DNA of 64,000 bases from NCBI GenBank assembly GCA_024346625.1, contig AP024666.1:930001-994000 (forward strand), given 5' to 3'. The stretch comes from Williopsis jadinii (taxonomy: Eukaryota). A program made the position numbers and the translations under genes. The notes below the pieces were generated by a model that was given only the letters and a program-made list of their open reading frames with translations, had not been told where the DNA came from and did not search any database. Shown one piece after another: positions 55,105-64,000 of the stretch (the first letter of the stretch is position 1; each line of letters starts with the position of its first letter).

Positions 55105-57891
55105 ATGGTGGACAAGAAGGGCAGCGGGTATAAACAAAGCGCCATGCCGCTGGCTTCGTCGAGTTCTCCGCCATCACAGCAAGAGCATGATCAACAACAG
55201 CAGCAGCAGACCAATCTGACAGGGCGGAAGGCGGCACACTCTCTTCGACTCTTCAGAAATGACAACACAAGCAGCTCGGCGGTTCAGATCTCTGATGATC
55301 ACACCGGCGCTCGAAGCACACGAAAGCACTCCACGGTGAGCCCCTTGAAGACGAGCACGGCTTCCAGGAGAACACCGAGCATATCCGCGGCGTCGGTGTC
55401 AAATCTATCGTCAGATATTAAGGGTCTGAAGCTGGTGGCACCACAGCTGTTGGACTCGCCCTTTGACGATGCGCTCGCAAAGAGGGAACAACACAGATGC
55501 CGGACTTTGAGTCCAGAGGGTGTCCTGGTGAAGGAGGATGACAAGGACGCTGATGAGGTTGAAATAGTACATACCATGGGTAACATTGGAGACTCTAAGG
55601 CCACAATGGCTGTGTTGGAACCTGTATCATCTGCAACGTATATTCCAAAGGGACATGACGGAGAAAGAATACATCTAAAGGAGGAATTGGACTTTGATCA
55701 CCTATCCACAACAACAACACGGAGCGATGATGCTAGTATTGTGACAAACACATCAACGGTAATTGCAGCACCCTCAAACTTGGCATCAGATGAACTGCTC
55801 AGACATCCGATTCATGAGGAACAAGAGGAAGCAGAGCAGTCGTACGTTAAATTTGCTAAGGATTCACAGGTGTATGAATATCAACACCACGAGGATGAAT
55901 CTCCCGATTTGCATCTCCACAATCATTATCACCACCACCACGACAGTGATCAGCTTGATGGGATGCACCACGAACCGGAAACTGAATTCTCGTTGGCCGT
56001 GGAGTTGACACCTTTTAAAAACAAAGTTGGTGGACATACAGCAATTTTCAGATTCTCACACAGAGCTGTTTGCAAGGCACTTGTCAATAGGGAGAACACA
56101 TGGTATGAAATTATTGAACAAAACCATGCTGATATATTAAAATTTATGCCTAAGTATATCGGGGTTCTAAACGTGAGATATACAACACTAGTGGAGGAAC
56201 CTGATGAGTCAAATAATTCGCTCAATGACATTTCTCTAGAACGTACAACCTCTTTCCCGGAGATTGAAGATTTGAACGATGGTCAAGGAAAAGATGATGA
56301 AAATCTGAAACTGAAACATTCGTCGTCTTATCAAGAAGAATTGCCCCCAGAGGTTGTGCTAGATGATAACAAGCATATCATTCCAGAGTCATTGTGGGAT
56401 CATTATTCAAGTTCTGTTCCATCACCTGCATCGTCATTCTCATACATGTCTGAAACATCACCTTGCCAATCACCAAGAGCACTTTATAATACGTCTCAAC
56501 ATAATAATCCAACTTCTCCAAATATGAACTCTCTGGGTTCAACGACAGTCAATCGTAAACTGCAAGAGTTGGTTTTACAGGAGGTGTTTGCACCGATTCG
56601 TTCAAAGAGAAGCTTTAGATCTTTGAAGCATTCAGTTTCACCAAGGCTATACCCTCAAAGGACCCCTATGGATACCGCGCAACAGAGGCCTCATCGTCTA
56701 AGTGCATCATCTTCTGATCTTGGTAGAAGACCAAAATTCAACAGTGGAACAACGCTGAAGAAGAGCAGTACCTCGCTAGTTGACTTGCAGAAAGCTGTCC
56801 AGACGAAACAACAACAGAGGAATCAGGATAAAGGTCCACAACCCCTTGATTCCCATGTTGAACAGAACTATATCAAGAATAACGATACAATGGACGACGA
56901 GTTGAATATTCTTGACGATTCTTCGCCAAGATTACATTCTGCTCCTGAACATCATAGACGTACAAGTGATTCCATCTTCCAAATGGATGATGAAGCAGAT
57001 GACGAATCACGCTCTGTAACGGAAACTAAAGATGGTGATTTGTCTGACGCCATGTCGCCACTGATGATGCCCTCAAGAGCGATACATAAGAGACAACGCA
57101 TTGAACGGTTCATCCTTTTGGAAGATTTGACATCAGGGATGAAAAAACCTTCCGTTTTGGATTTAAAGATGGGTACTCGTCAATACGGTGTTGAGGCTGC
57201 GTATAAGAAGAAGAAATCCCAGAGAAAGAAATGTGCAAGTACAACTTCCCGTCAGCTCGGTGTTCGGATCTGCGGTCTACAAATTTGGGATAAGAAGTCC
57301 CAACATTTCATTGAAAGGGATAAATATTTTGGTCGACGTGTTAGAGCTGGTTTCCAGTTTGCAGCTTGCATTGCAAGATATTTGTACGATGGTGAGTGTG
57401 TGTATTCGATATTGATCAAAATCCCAAAGTTGATCAGTGATATCGAGGAGTTGGAAAAGGCTGTCTTACAGTTGGAGGGCTACAGACTATATGGATCCTC
57501 ACTATTGTTGATGTACGACGGTGAGGACATGTCAACAGTGAGTGTTCATATCATTGATTTTGCCCAATGCATAACTCCAGAGTACCAATCATCCACGGCA
57601 ACTTTCCCACCAAAGCATCCAAATGATGCAGACCAAGGATATCTGAGAGGGTTAGCATCTCTAAAGTTCTACCTCAAGATGCTCTTCTCAGACCTGACCC
57701 GCGTCAACTATGAAACCTTTGAATTGGCACATCAATACCTCAACTCCAACCAGGAGGCCCTGAAGAAGACCCCCGTCAGTTGGATGGATCTATTCGACAA
57801 GCTTGAAGAGAACGACCCTAACTTCTATCAAAAAGAATTGGACGAGATCCCATCATTTGCCCTAAACGATATCGGTGACGTCTCTGAATGA
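55105..57891 (+). CDS. KCS1: Inositol hexakisphosphate kinase
   Basis: [58 protein letters not shown] (PxxxDxKxG), [15 protein letters not shown]. Confidence 0.95.
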   Translation: MVDKKGSGYKQSAMPLASSSSPPSQQEHDQQQQQQTNLTGRKAAHSLRLFRNDNTSSSAVQISDDHTGARSTRKHSTVSPLKTSTASRRTPSISAASVSNLSSDIKGLKLVAPQLLDSPFDDALAKREQHRCRTLSPEGVLVKEDDKDADEVEIVHTMGNIGDSKATMAVLEPVSSATYIPKGHDGERIHLKEELDFDHLSTTTTRSDDASIVTNTSTVIAAPSNLASDELLRHPIHEEQEEAEQSYVKFAKDSQVYEYQHHEDESPDLHLHNHYHHHHDSDQLDGMHHEPETEFSLAVELTPFKNKVGGHTAIFRFSHRAVCKALVNRENTWYEIIEQNHADILKFMPKYIGVLNVRYTTLVEEPDESNNSLNDISLERTTSFPEIEDLNDGQGKDDENLKLKHSSSYQEELPPEVVLDDNKHIIPESLWDHYSSSVPSPASSFSYMSETSPCQSPRALYNTSQHNNPTSPNMNSLGSTTVNRKLQELVLQEVFAPIRSKRSFRSLKHSVSPRLYPQRTPMDTAQQRPHRLSASSSDLGRRPKFNSGTTLKKSSTSLVDLQKAVQTKQQQRNQDKGPQPLDSHVEQNYIKNNDTMDDELNILDDSSPRLHSAPEHHRRTSDSIFQMDDEADDESRSVTETKDGDLSDAMSPLMMPSRAIHKRQRIERFILLEDLTSGMKKPSVLDLKMGTRQYGVEAAYKKKKSQRKKCASTTSRQLGVRICGLQIWDKKSQHFIERDKYFGRRVRAGFQFAACIARYLYDGECVYSILIKIPKLISDIEELEKAVLQLEGYRLYGSSLLLMYDGEDMSTVSVHIIDFAQCITPEYQSSTATFPPKHPNDADQGYLRGLASLKFYLKMLFSDLTRVNYETFELAHQYLNSNQEALKKTPVSWMDLFDKLEENDPNFYQKELDEIPSFALNDIGDVSE

Positions 57892-58038
57892 GCTTTACAA
57901 CCTCTTATGTGTGTTTAATATATTAATGCTATAATGACCATGTTACTTCAAATCTACTTCATCATCAACTACTAATTGGAGCTCAAGAATGAACCGATTT
58001 TTTATTTTTGTACACAAATCACATTAAAGCCCTTACTC

Positions 58039-58959
58039 TTATTTGTTCAAAACCTCAGCATCGTATTTTTGCTTGAACCATTGGACAGTGTCCTCCTTGG
58101 TGGTCTTGTGGGAGTTACCAATGACGGATTGGGTTCTCTTTCTTCTGGCGATTCTAGCACCTGGTCTACCCATGACAACGTAGAAGTCCATACCGTAGAT
58201 ACCGATAGCTGGGTCGTACTTGATACCCAAGTCAATGTGCTCTTGGATACCGAAACCAAAGTTACCAGTCTCGGAGAAGTTTCTCTCTCTCAATTGGTAC
58301 TCCTTGACCTTCAAACCTCTCTCCAAGATCTCCTCAGCCTTTGGACCTCTGATGGTAACGTGAACGGCAATCTTCTCGTTTCTTCTGATACCAAAGGTTC
58401 TAACGGTGTATCTAGCCTTGGATTGAACTGGGGTTTGACCAGACAATTGTTCCAAAACCTTGGAAGCTCTGGTCAATCTGTCACCAGATTCACCAACACA
58501 AATGTTGAGAACGAGCTTCTCAATCTTCAATTCACGCATAGGGTTCTGAGCCTTGGAAGACTATGTAAAGACTGTTAGTATTGTTGCAACAATGAGCGTG
58601 TTGGAGTGTACATGAGTTCATATTTCACCTGTTTCTGTATCTCCATTGAAGAGGCCATCGTGAGACTTTGATCGTTTACAACATCGTTGGATAAGACAGA
58701 AATGGCACTCTTGTTCGGTAAGGTGTATTCGACTATCTCCTCTCTGGCTTTGCTTCCCTCACAGGCACTCTGTGTCTACACTTCCTCCCATGCCTCCCTT
58801 CAACTTTTTAATACCTTTTCATCTTCATCTTCATCCTCTTCCTGGTACACCTTCTGGGGATCGAATCAAATACACAGACCAGTATAAAGCATACCCCTTG
58901 CAAACCACTGTGAAATAATCACCATGTACACCTTCATCATCTCTCTAAACACATACCAT
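58039..58959 (-). CDS. RPL11: 60S ribosomal protein L11 (uL5); exons 58959-58957 (ATG only) and 58560-58039
   Basis: [65 protein letters not shown]. Confidence 0.97.
58561..58956 (-). other. Intron in RPL11 (396 nt) immediately after the ATG
   Basis: ATG|GTATGT donor, TACTAAC branch (58580-58574), TAG acceptor. Confidence 0.93.
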
Positions 58960-59110
58960 TTTGACTTATGTTGTGGAGTTGTAGTCTCTGAAATGGTTAG
59001 AGGTTTCGGTTTGCAATTTTCAAAGAGTGTGCTTGTTTTTGAAAAGTTTGCCAGAAAAAAAAGATTGTGTTGCGCATAACAGAAGTTTTCAACTTGTGGG
59101 CTGGGAGTGG

Positions 59111-59332
59111 TAGGCAGACGGGGTGAGCGTCTAGGCAGGGTGTGTAAATCTGAGCACAGCTGTAGGCAGAAGTCCAGCGTAAATTTCAGTACAGATCCAG
59201 GCTGACTTGGAAATTTCGCGAACTTATGCGACAGAGTTTGAAGAGTCTGTTTTGTGCAGAGTTTTGTGACTGCTAAATTTTTCTGCAAAGGGGAAAACAC
59301 CTGGACACCTACTTCAGGAGATGTTCGGATGT
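59111..59332 (-). promoter_or_regulatory. Ribosomal-protein promoter module: IFHL motifs, Homol-D and Rap1-like site
   Basis: TAGGCAGA at 59111 and 59163, TAGGCAGG at 59132 (IFHL TCYGCCTA); TGTGACTG 59265-59272 (Homol-D); ACATCCGAACAT on minus strand 59332-59321 (Rap1-like). Confidence 0.72.
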
Positions 59333-59612
59333 TTAACGACACAACTGTGTACGGGAACCAGTGCTCATCTTGTACGCTAGTGTGGTGTATGTGTATACTC
59401 AGTGATTCCCTACTGGGTCTCAAGGGTTTCAACAAAGTTGTACGTTAAGTCATAAAGAGAATGTATAGAACGAGTTATATATTGGCGTAAAAGAGTGTCA
59501 TTAGCATGGGTGGTTAAGAAGATGTACCGCATGTTGTAGATCCATCTTAGCAAGCTTGTATGCGAAACCAAGCTTCAGATGTTGGGGGTATATATATAAA
59601 TGGGTATTGCAT

Positions 59613-60923
59613 TCAATACTGTGCGGAGTGATTCACGATGTCCATGCATTCTGCCAGAGAAGCCCTTGATACTATCATTCTTTGTATCAAGTTGAAAGCT
59701 CTCGTGTCCGATTGGAGTCTTTTCATCCCTGTTGATGAGACCAACTCCAGTGCCTTGTTCTTCTTGATGCATTCTGTCACATAAACGCTTGGTACTCCAA
59801 CGGACGATAACACCTGAGAATAAGGTTGTTCACCAGTGGCGGCGTATAATAGCGTAAGGCCCGCAGCAAACAAATCAGAGCTATATGAAGGATAATGTGG
59901 TGGTGATTCCATCAACTCAGGTGCACAGTACTGCGGTGTAACATCGTAGAAAGCTCCCAATTGTAATTTCGTATGGTATTCAGATATCACATCCTCTTGT
60001 AGGGCAGCTGAGGTCAAATCGCAGAGCTTGAAGGATGACATATTGTTGTCAAATAGAACATTTGCAGGCTTAATGTCCATATGAACCAAATGACAATCGT
60101 TGAGCAATTGTAATGCGGTCAATATCTGCCTTGCCAATCTCCACCATAGACTTGAGCCTATGTGCAATTCAGTTGTTGAAGTAGCAGGCTGTGATTCGAC
60201 CAATGTGGTCAGCGAATATGATAACCTTTCCGATACTATGCAAGGCACGGTTTCTCCGTACCTAATTCTTGGATACTGCGATCTATCCAACATCGTTATT
60301 CCATAGACGTTCAGCACGGGTAGACTTTCCAATTCCCAGTGATTAACAATGGCATGATTTTGGAATATCTTGTAGTTTAACATCTCTTTAAAGATCCACT
60401 TTGATGTTTTCACGCCCGTAGGTATCTTTATGGCAAACAGATTGTCCTTGCAAGAGCACTGTAACACTGTTGAGTAAGAACCACGGCCAATTATTGTACT
60501 CCTTGAAACATCAAACTTGAATACATCATCGATCAAAGAGTCCTCAATCTGCGATTCCACATCCTGCTGTGGTATCGAGGCAGAGATTGGTAGATATTTC
60601 AGTAAAGTTGGACTTGACCTCATGGGTGAGGCCATTGGAGAGATTGGCAGTTGACAAGTTTCAGTGATAGGTGTTGAAAACATAGACTTTGGTGATGCAG
60701 TGGTTGAAAAGCTGGTCTTTGGTGTTGAAAACTGATCCTGTTGGTGACTCAATGAACAGCTGGCGTGTTGTACGGGAGAAGATTCCGGTGTTGGTATAAT
60801 CAAGCTCGGTCTCTTTAGGCCCTCCCTGGCTTTCAGTTGAGCCTCTTTAGAGACTTTACCAGGTTCAAACACAGCCGTCCTCTTGGACGGTGTCGAGTAA
60901 TCGGGCTGGGTGAAGGAATTCAT
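59613..60923 (-). CDS. ISR1: Atypical Ser/Thr protein kinase Isr1
   Basis: IGRGSYSTV, FAIKIP, YGITMLDRSQYPRIR..ETVP, LWWRLARQ, VHMDIKPANVL, LCDLTSA (Isr1 has ADFTSA), TPQYCAPEL, SDLFAAGL; near RPL11/SNT309 as YPR106W. Confidence 0.82.
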   Translation of the reverse strand: MNSFTQPDYSTPSKRTAVFEPGKVSKEAQLKAREGLKRPSLIIPTPESSPVQHASCSLSHQQDQFSTPKTSFSTTASPKSMFSTPITETCQLPISPMASPMRSSPTLLKYLPISASIPQQDVESQIEDSLIDDVFKFDVSRSTIIGRGSYSTVLQCSCKDNLFAIKIPTGVKTSKWIFKEMLNYKIFQNHAIVNHWELESLPVLNVYGITMLDRSQYPRIRYGETVPCIVSERLSYSLTTLVESQPATSTTELHIGSSLWWRLARQILTALQLLNDCHLVHMDIKPANVLFDNNMSSFKLCDLTSAALQEDVISEYHTKLQLGAFYDVTPQYCAPELMESPPHYPSYSSDLFAAGLTLLYAATGEQPYSQVLSSVGVPSVYVTECIKKNKALELVSSTGMKRLQSDTRAFNLIQRMIVSRASLAECMDIVNHSAQY

Positions 60924-62921
60924 GGCTAGAGAATGACGGCTTGATGTTTCTTCTTCCCCCTTCTGGTTGTTGTTGATATGGGTTCAAAGCCTTGTCACAC
61001 AAATTGTAAGCCCACTTCACAGTAAGAACAGAGAGAATACAACAGAAACGTCCCCTTGAAGTAGATTTGTATATCGCACAGGCTCAGAGGAGGGTCAACT
61101 GTATCAAATCGAACGCAGCTTTCTATGGCTTTCAGTCCAGCGCTCGAAGCAGTGGTTGATGCTCTTTGTTTATGTTTCTTTGTTTACTTCTTCTTCTGCT
61201 GGTTTTTGCCCCGTTGTTTTGCGGTCCGCCTGTGTTTGAGTTTTCAGAGGTTACTATGGAAACAAGACGACGTGAGCAAACAGAGAAGAGCCCTGTGGTG
61301 ATGGAGGTATCTGTGAGGGAATACCTTTCGAATAGTGGAAATCTGCCTCCAATTAAACTCCAGTGGGAATATTGCGGGCTTATAAAGAGATTATCCAGGA
61401 TGCCGAGAATGATTGTGTGTGTGGTGTGTGTGTGGTTTCTTCTATTGGATTCCTCGTCATTCGGCAGCCGTTTCAGCTGCGCTCAATTGGAGAGGGACCT
61501 AAGGCAGCACCACGTAAAAGTCACATCAGCTACTTCCAGCCATACAGAGGGGAAAGTGTCTTTGCTCGGTGCGTAATGGTTGTGTATAGGATGATTGAAC
61601 TTGCTATAAAGACACAGTCATCGTTGGACTTTCCTGTGCTTTGTCATAGTGAACTCATGTTATTGCATCTCTAGTACATGCATGATGGGCTCTTGGAGTT
61701 TTAGGGGGCACATTCTACATGGCTTGGTGAAGGGAGCTCCAGCTAGTTCTACATACAATCACTGAAGTGCGTCTCTGGTCTCTGGTGTATGTACATAGTG
61801 TCTCGTTGCTGGTACGTGATTGAATTGGTTCTAATGCTCTGTTGTTCCATTCCAACGGCCAATAACCTGTATGCGCTTCGATGCCTTAGAAGCTGCGACA
61901 TCCAGACACCACACAAGGCGGATATGGCAAAGTGGGCAAGAGCCAGCCAATCGCTGTGCGCTGTGATCTGGGTTCTGTTGTCAACACTGATATTACGACT
62001 TTGGTGAGCTAGCGATCCCCATTGTTTGAAGTTGGTGTTGGTTTATCCAATTGGACCATGGTTTTATCGCCAGCCCGTGTAAATAGTGTACTGTTTAGAT
62101 CTTCAGGTATCATTAAGCAATCTTTGCATGTCTCTGTAGTGTCTGGCCAGTGCAGTAACCAAGATGTACCTAAGATCATGATATCAAATTGATAGAAACG
62201 ATTGACATGTGTTCCTTTATACATTTGTGTGGCTCGGTATCGTCTCGATACGATATTAATTGATTAAACTACTACTTAATGGATGTGATTTGTCACTAAG
62301 TGGCAAATATCTTATTTTCTCGCTATTTTTCCACAAGATTCACATAATAACATTTTCAGCAAAGAAATTCAACACTGTCAAATTACAACACATAGTAATT
62401 AACCAAAATTAACGACTCGACCATAGAGAACGTATCAATCATACAATATCCACCTGTGAGGTAATACCAGCACCCAACATGGATCTAAGAGCTTGTGTGT
62501 GGATGTATTCTAGCACTCAACTATAGATCAGTAAACGTGATGTCCGGATGAATGTTGTCGAGATACTTTGGATGAGAATGCACCCTGCACCCCATCGTGC
62601 ATAAAAACGTCATCAAGTGGTGGAAATCAATAATCGTTGATGAAGACTACAACATTGCTGCTAATTAAACATAAGGGTGTGGCTTGTTAAGTTGCCTATA
62701 TACATTGCATACGTCAATTACAGTGGTGATTATTGTGCTGAGTCATTCTCGACAGATGGGGGGGCCCGATGACAGCTTTGAAGTGAAGATACCCATTTGT
62801 AGTAACAAAAGCAAACCGCTTCTTCATATAGCACTCGCAGATTATTCACAGGGCACATGTGTTTTCGCCATGGTAGTACACACCGACATGAGCGCACATA
62901 CAGGTTATTGACCAGTAAATC

Positions 62922-64000
62922 TCAATTAATCCCGTTACCCAGAAGCTCATTAAGAAGGTCATTAGCATATTCGTTTTCCCAGGTTAGGAGATCAACGTGC
63001 TCTGTGGATAACACCGATAGATCTGGAGGTGAGTTCGAAGACCCAGTTACTGCACTGCCGTATCGTAAAGCCAACTGGAAGTAGGATGAGTTTTCGTTTG
63101 TCGAATCAGCACCATGGGACTCAGACATGATTGCATTGTTTGAAGATATAGATCCCAGAATGGAGCTAGCGTTTTCAATGAGACTCCCATCATCAATATC
63201 AGTAACGTACTTTCTTGTGAACTTGTATGCAGTGACCATCCCCATTAACGAATAGCTCATACTGAACACCCGACCAGGAGAGTTACGCTGGAGAAAGAGA
63301 ATGGCCTTAGACCATAGTACAAGGAAGTTCCTCGAGAGCTTTCCACTCATAAAAGCCTGCGATAACGGACAGAAGTTGTCAGAACAATCCATCGACTCCA
63401 TATCTGCGAGGGTTATATTTAATTCCTCTGGAAAAAGTCGTTCATCGTTAAGCGTACGGAGTTCGTTGTATAGAAGAGTGAGGTATGATCTACACACAAG
63501 ACTCTGTGAAGCTCCAATAATGGCAAGCGTCATCTCCACCAACCTTGCAGGCAGATCGTCCAGGCCAAATTGCTGTGCCTGAGAAGTCAATTCTCTAATA
63601 GTCAGCAAAATTTCAGTGAGATATGTCATACCCAGGACACAGTACTTTAAACTAGACAGATAGTAAAATGTCCTTTTTGGATCATCAATGGGGACTCCCT
63701 CGAGTAAGAGTTCAAAAAGTGTATGTATAGCGTGAACAGCTAGTACACGATGTATGATACCGTTAAAGGACGACATGTCGTTCACAACGGCATGTGCTGA
63801 CGTCGAATTGGCCATATTTGACGAGAGATGCTTCAGTTCGCCGTTGTTGAAGTTCTCAAATCTGGAAATTATAGATAACACCTCACTTGGGTATACCGGG
63901 TCTGATCTTGTCATCAGCTTACAACACTCTCTCATACATCGCGTTAGATCTAATAAGAGGGTTGTGTCTGCATCTAGATTCCCAAATGAGTTTGGATGTA
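62922..64000 (-). CDS. C-terminal part of an unidentified, mostly helical protein (possibly a fungal Zn2Cys6 transcription factor); frame stays open to the window edge
   Basis: No stop from 63998 to 62925 (manually extended HPNSFGNLDADTTLLLDLTRC upstream of the listed Met); acidic-hydrophobic tail DLLTWENEYANDLLNELLG resembles an activation domain. Confidence 0.65.
   Translation of the reverse strand, partial: HPNSFGNLDADTTLLLDLTRCMRECCKLMTRSDPVYPSEVLSIISRFENFNNGELKHLSSNMANSTSAHAVVNDMSSFNGIIHRVLAVHAIHTLFELLLEGVPIDDPKRTFYYLSSLKYCVLGMTYLTEILLTIRELTSQAQQFGLDDLPARLVEMTLAIIGASQSLVCRSYLTLLYNELRTLNDERLFPEELNITLADMESMDCSDNFCPLSQAFMSGKLSRNFLVLWSKAILFLQRNSPGRVFSMSYSLMGMVTAYKFTRKYVTDIDDGSLIENASSILGSISSNNAIMSESHGADSTNENSSYFQLALRYGSAVTGSSNSPPDLSVLSTEHVDLLTWENEYANDLLNELLGNGIN

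Noticed and set aside
58561..58956. Intronic C/D snoRNA in RPL11 (GATGATGA near the donor)
   Set aside because: No suitably placed CTGA D box or rRNA guide recognised.
60981..60992. tRNA B-box-like GGTTCAAAGCC
   Set aside because: No A-box or cloverleaf around it; no tRNA gene was recognised anywhere in the window.
61414..61435. Telomere-like (TGTGTGTGTGG)2
   Set aside because: Only 22 bp; ordinary TG microsatellite.

Overview
Gene-dense segment of a budding-yeast (Saccharomycotina) nuclear chromosome. CTG reads as Leu at conserved positions (e.g. Cdc48 LQLFRGD), so this is not the CUG-Ser clade. The short 5'-biased introns with degenerate splice signals and the pre-WGD-like gene order suggest a Phaffomycetaceae/Cyberlindnera-like yeast (inference). 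About 33 protein-coding genes are present: HDA1 (partial), RCM1, LYS12, BMT5, FYV10, NTO1, RTG3, SFT2, CDC48, PCL2, SGA1, MIX23, an Sgt2-like TPR/QN-rich protein, SRO7/77, SEA4, BNA2, HTS1, ARP7, EAF6, AIM24, a MedA(Medusa)-domain regulator, a DsbA-like CxxS thioredoxin-fold protein, a tail-anchored coiled-coil protein (FRT1/2-like), SAW1, PIL1, RTS1, GCD2, MRP13, SNT309, KCS1, RPL11, ISR1 and a partial unidentified ORF at the right edge. Nine introns in eight genes were reconstructed by hand, correcting the ORF track. No tRNA, rRNA, CRISPR or transposon is recognisable. The most unusual parts are: (1) the 36.5-43.1 kb block (MedA-like gene, 4.7 kb gene-free region, DsbA-like gene); (2) the divergent Sgt2-like TPR protein with a prion-like tail and a C-terminal DIDLD; (3) an X-box-like 17-bp tandem array; (4) sense-oriented (CAA)n leaders; (5) a zipper stem in the RPL11 intron; (6) a Gcn4 site abutting the mitochondrial start codon of HTS1. 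All gene names come from motif recognition and remembered S. cerevisiae gene order, not from database searches.
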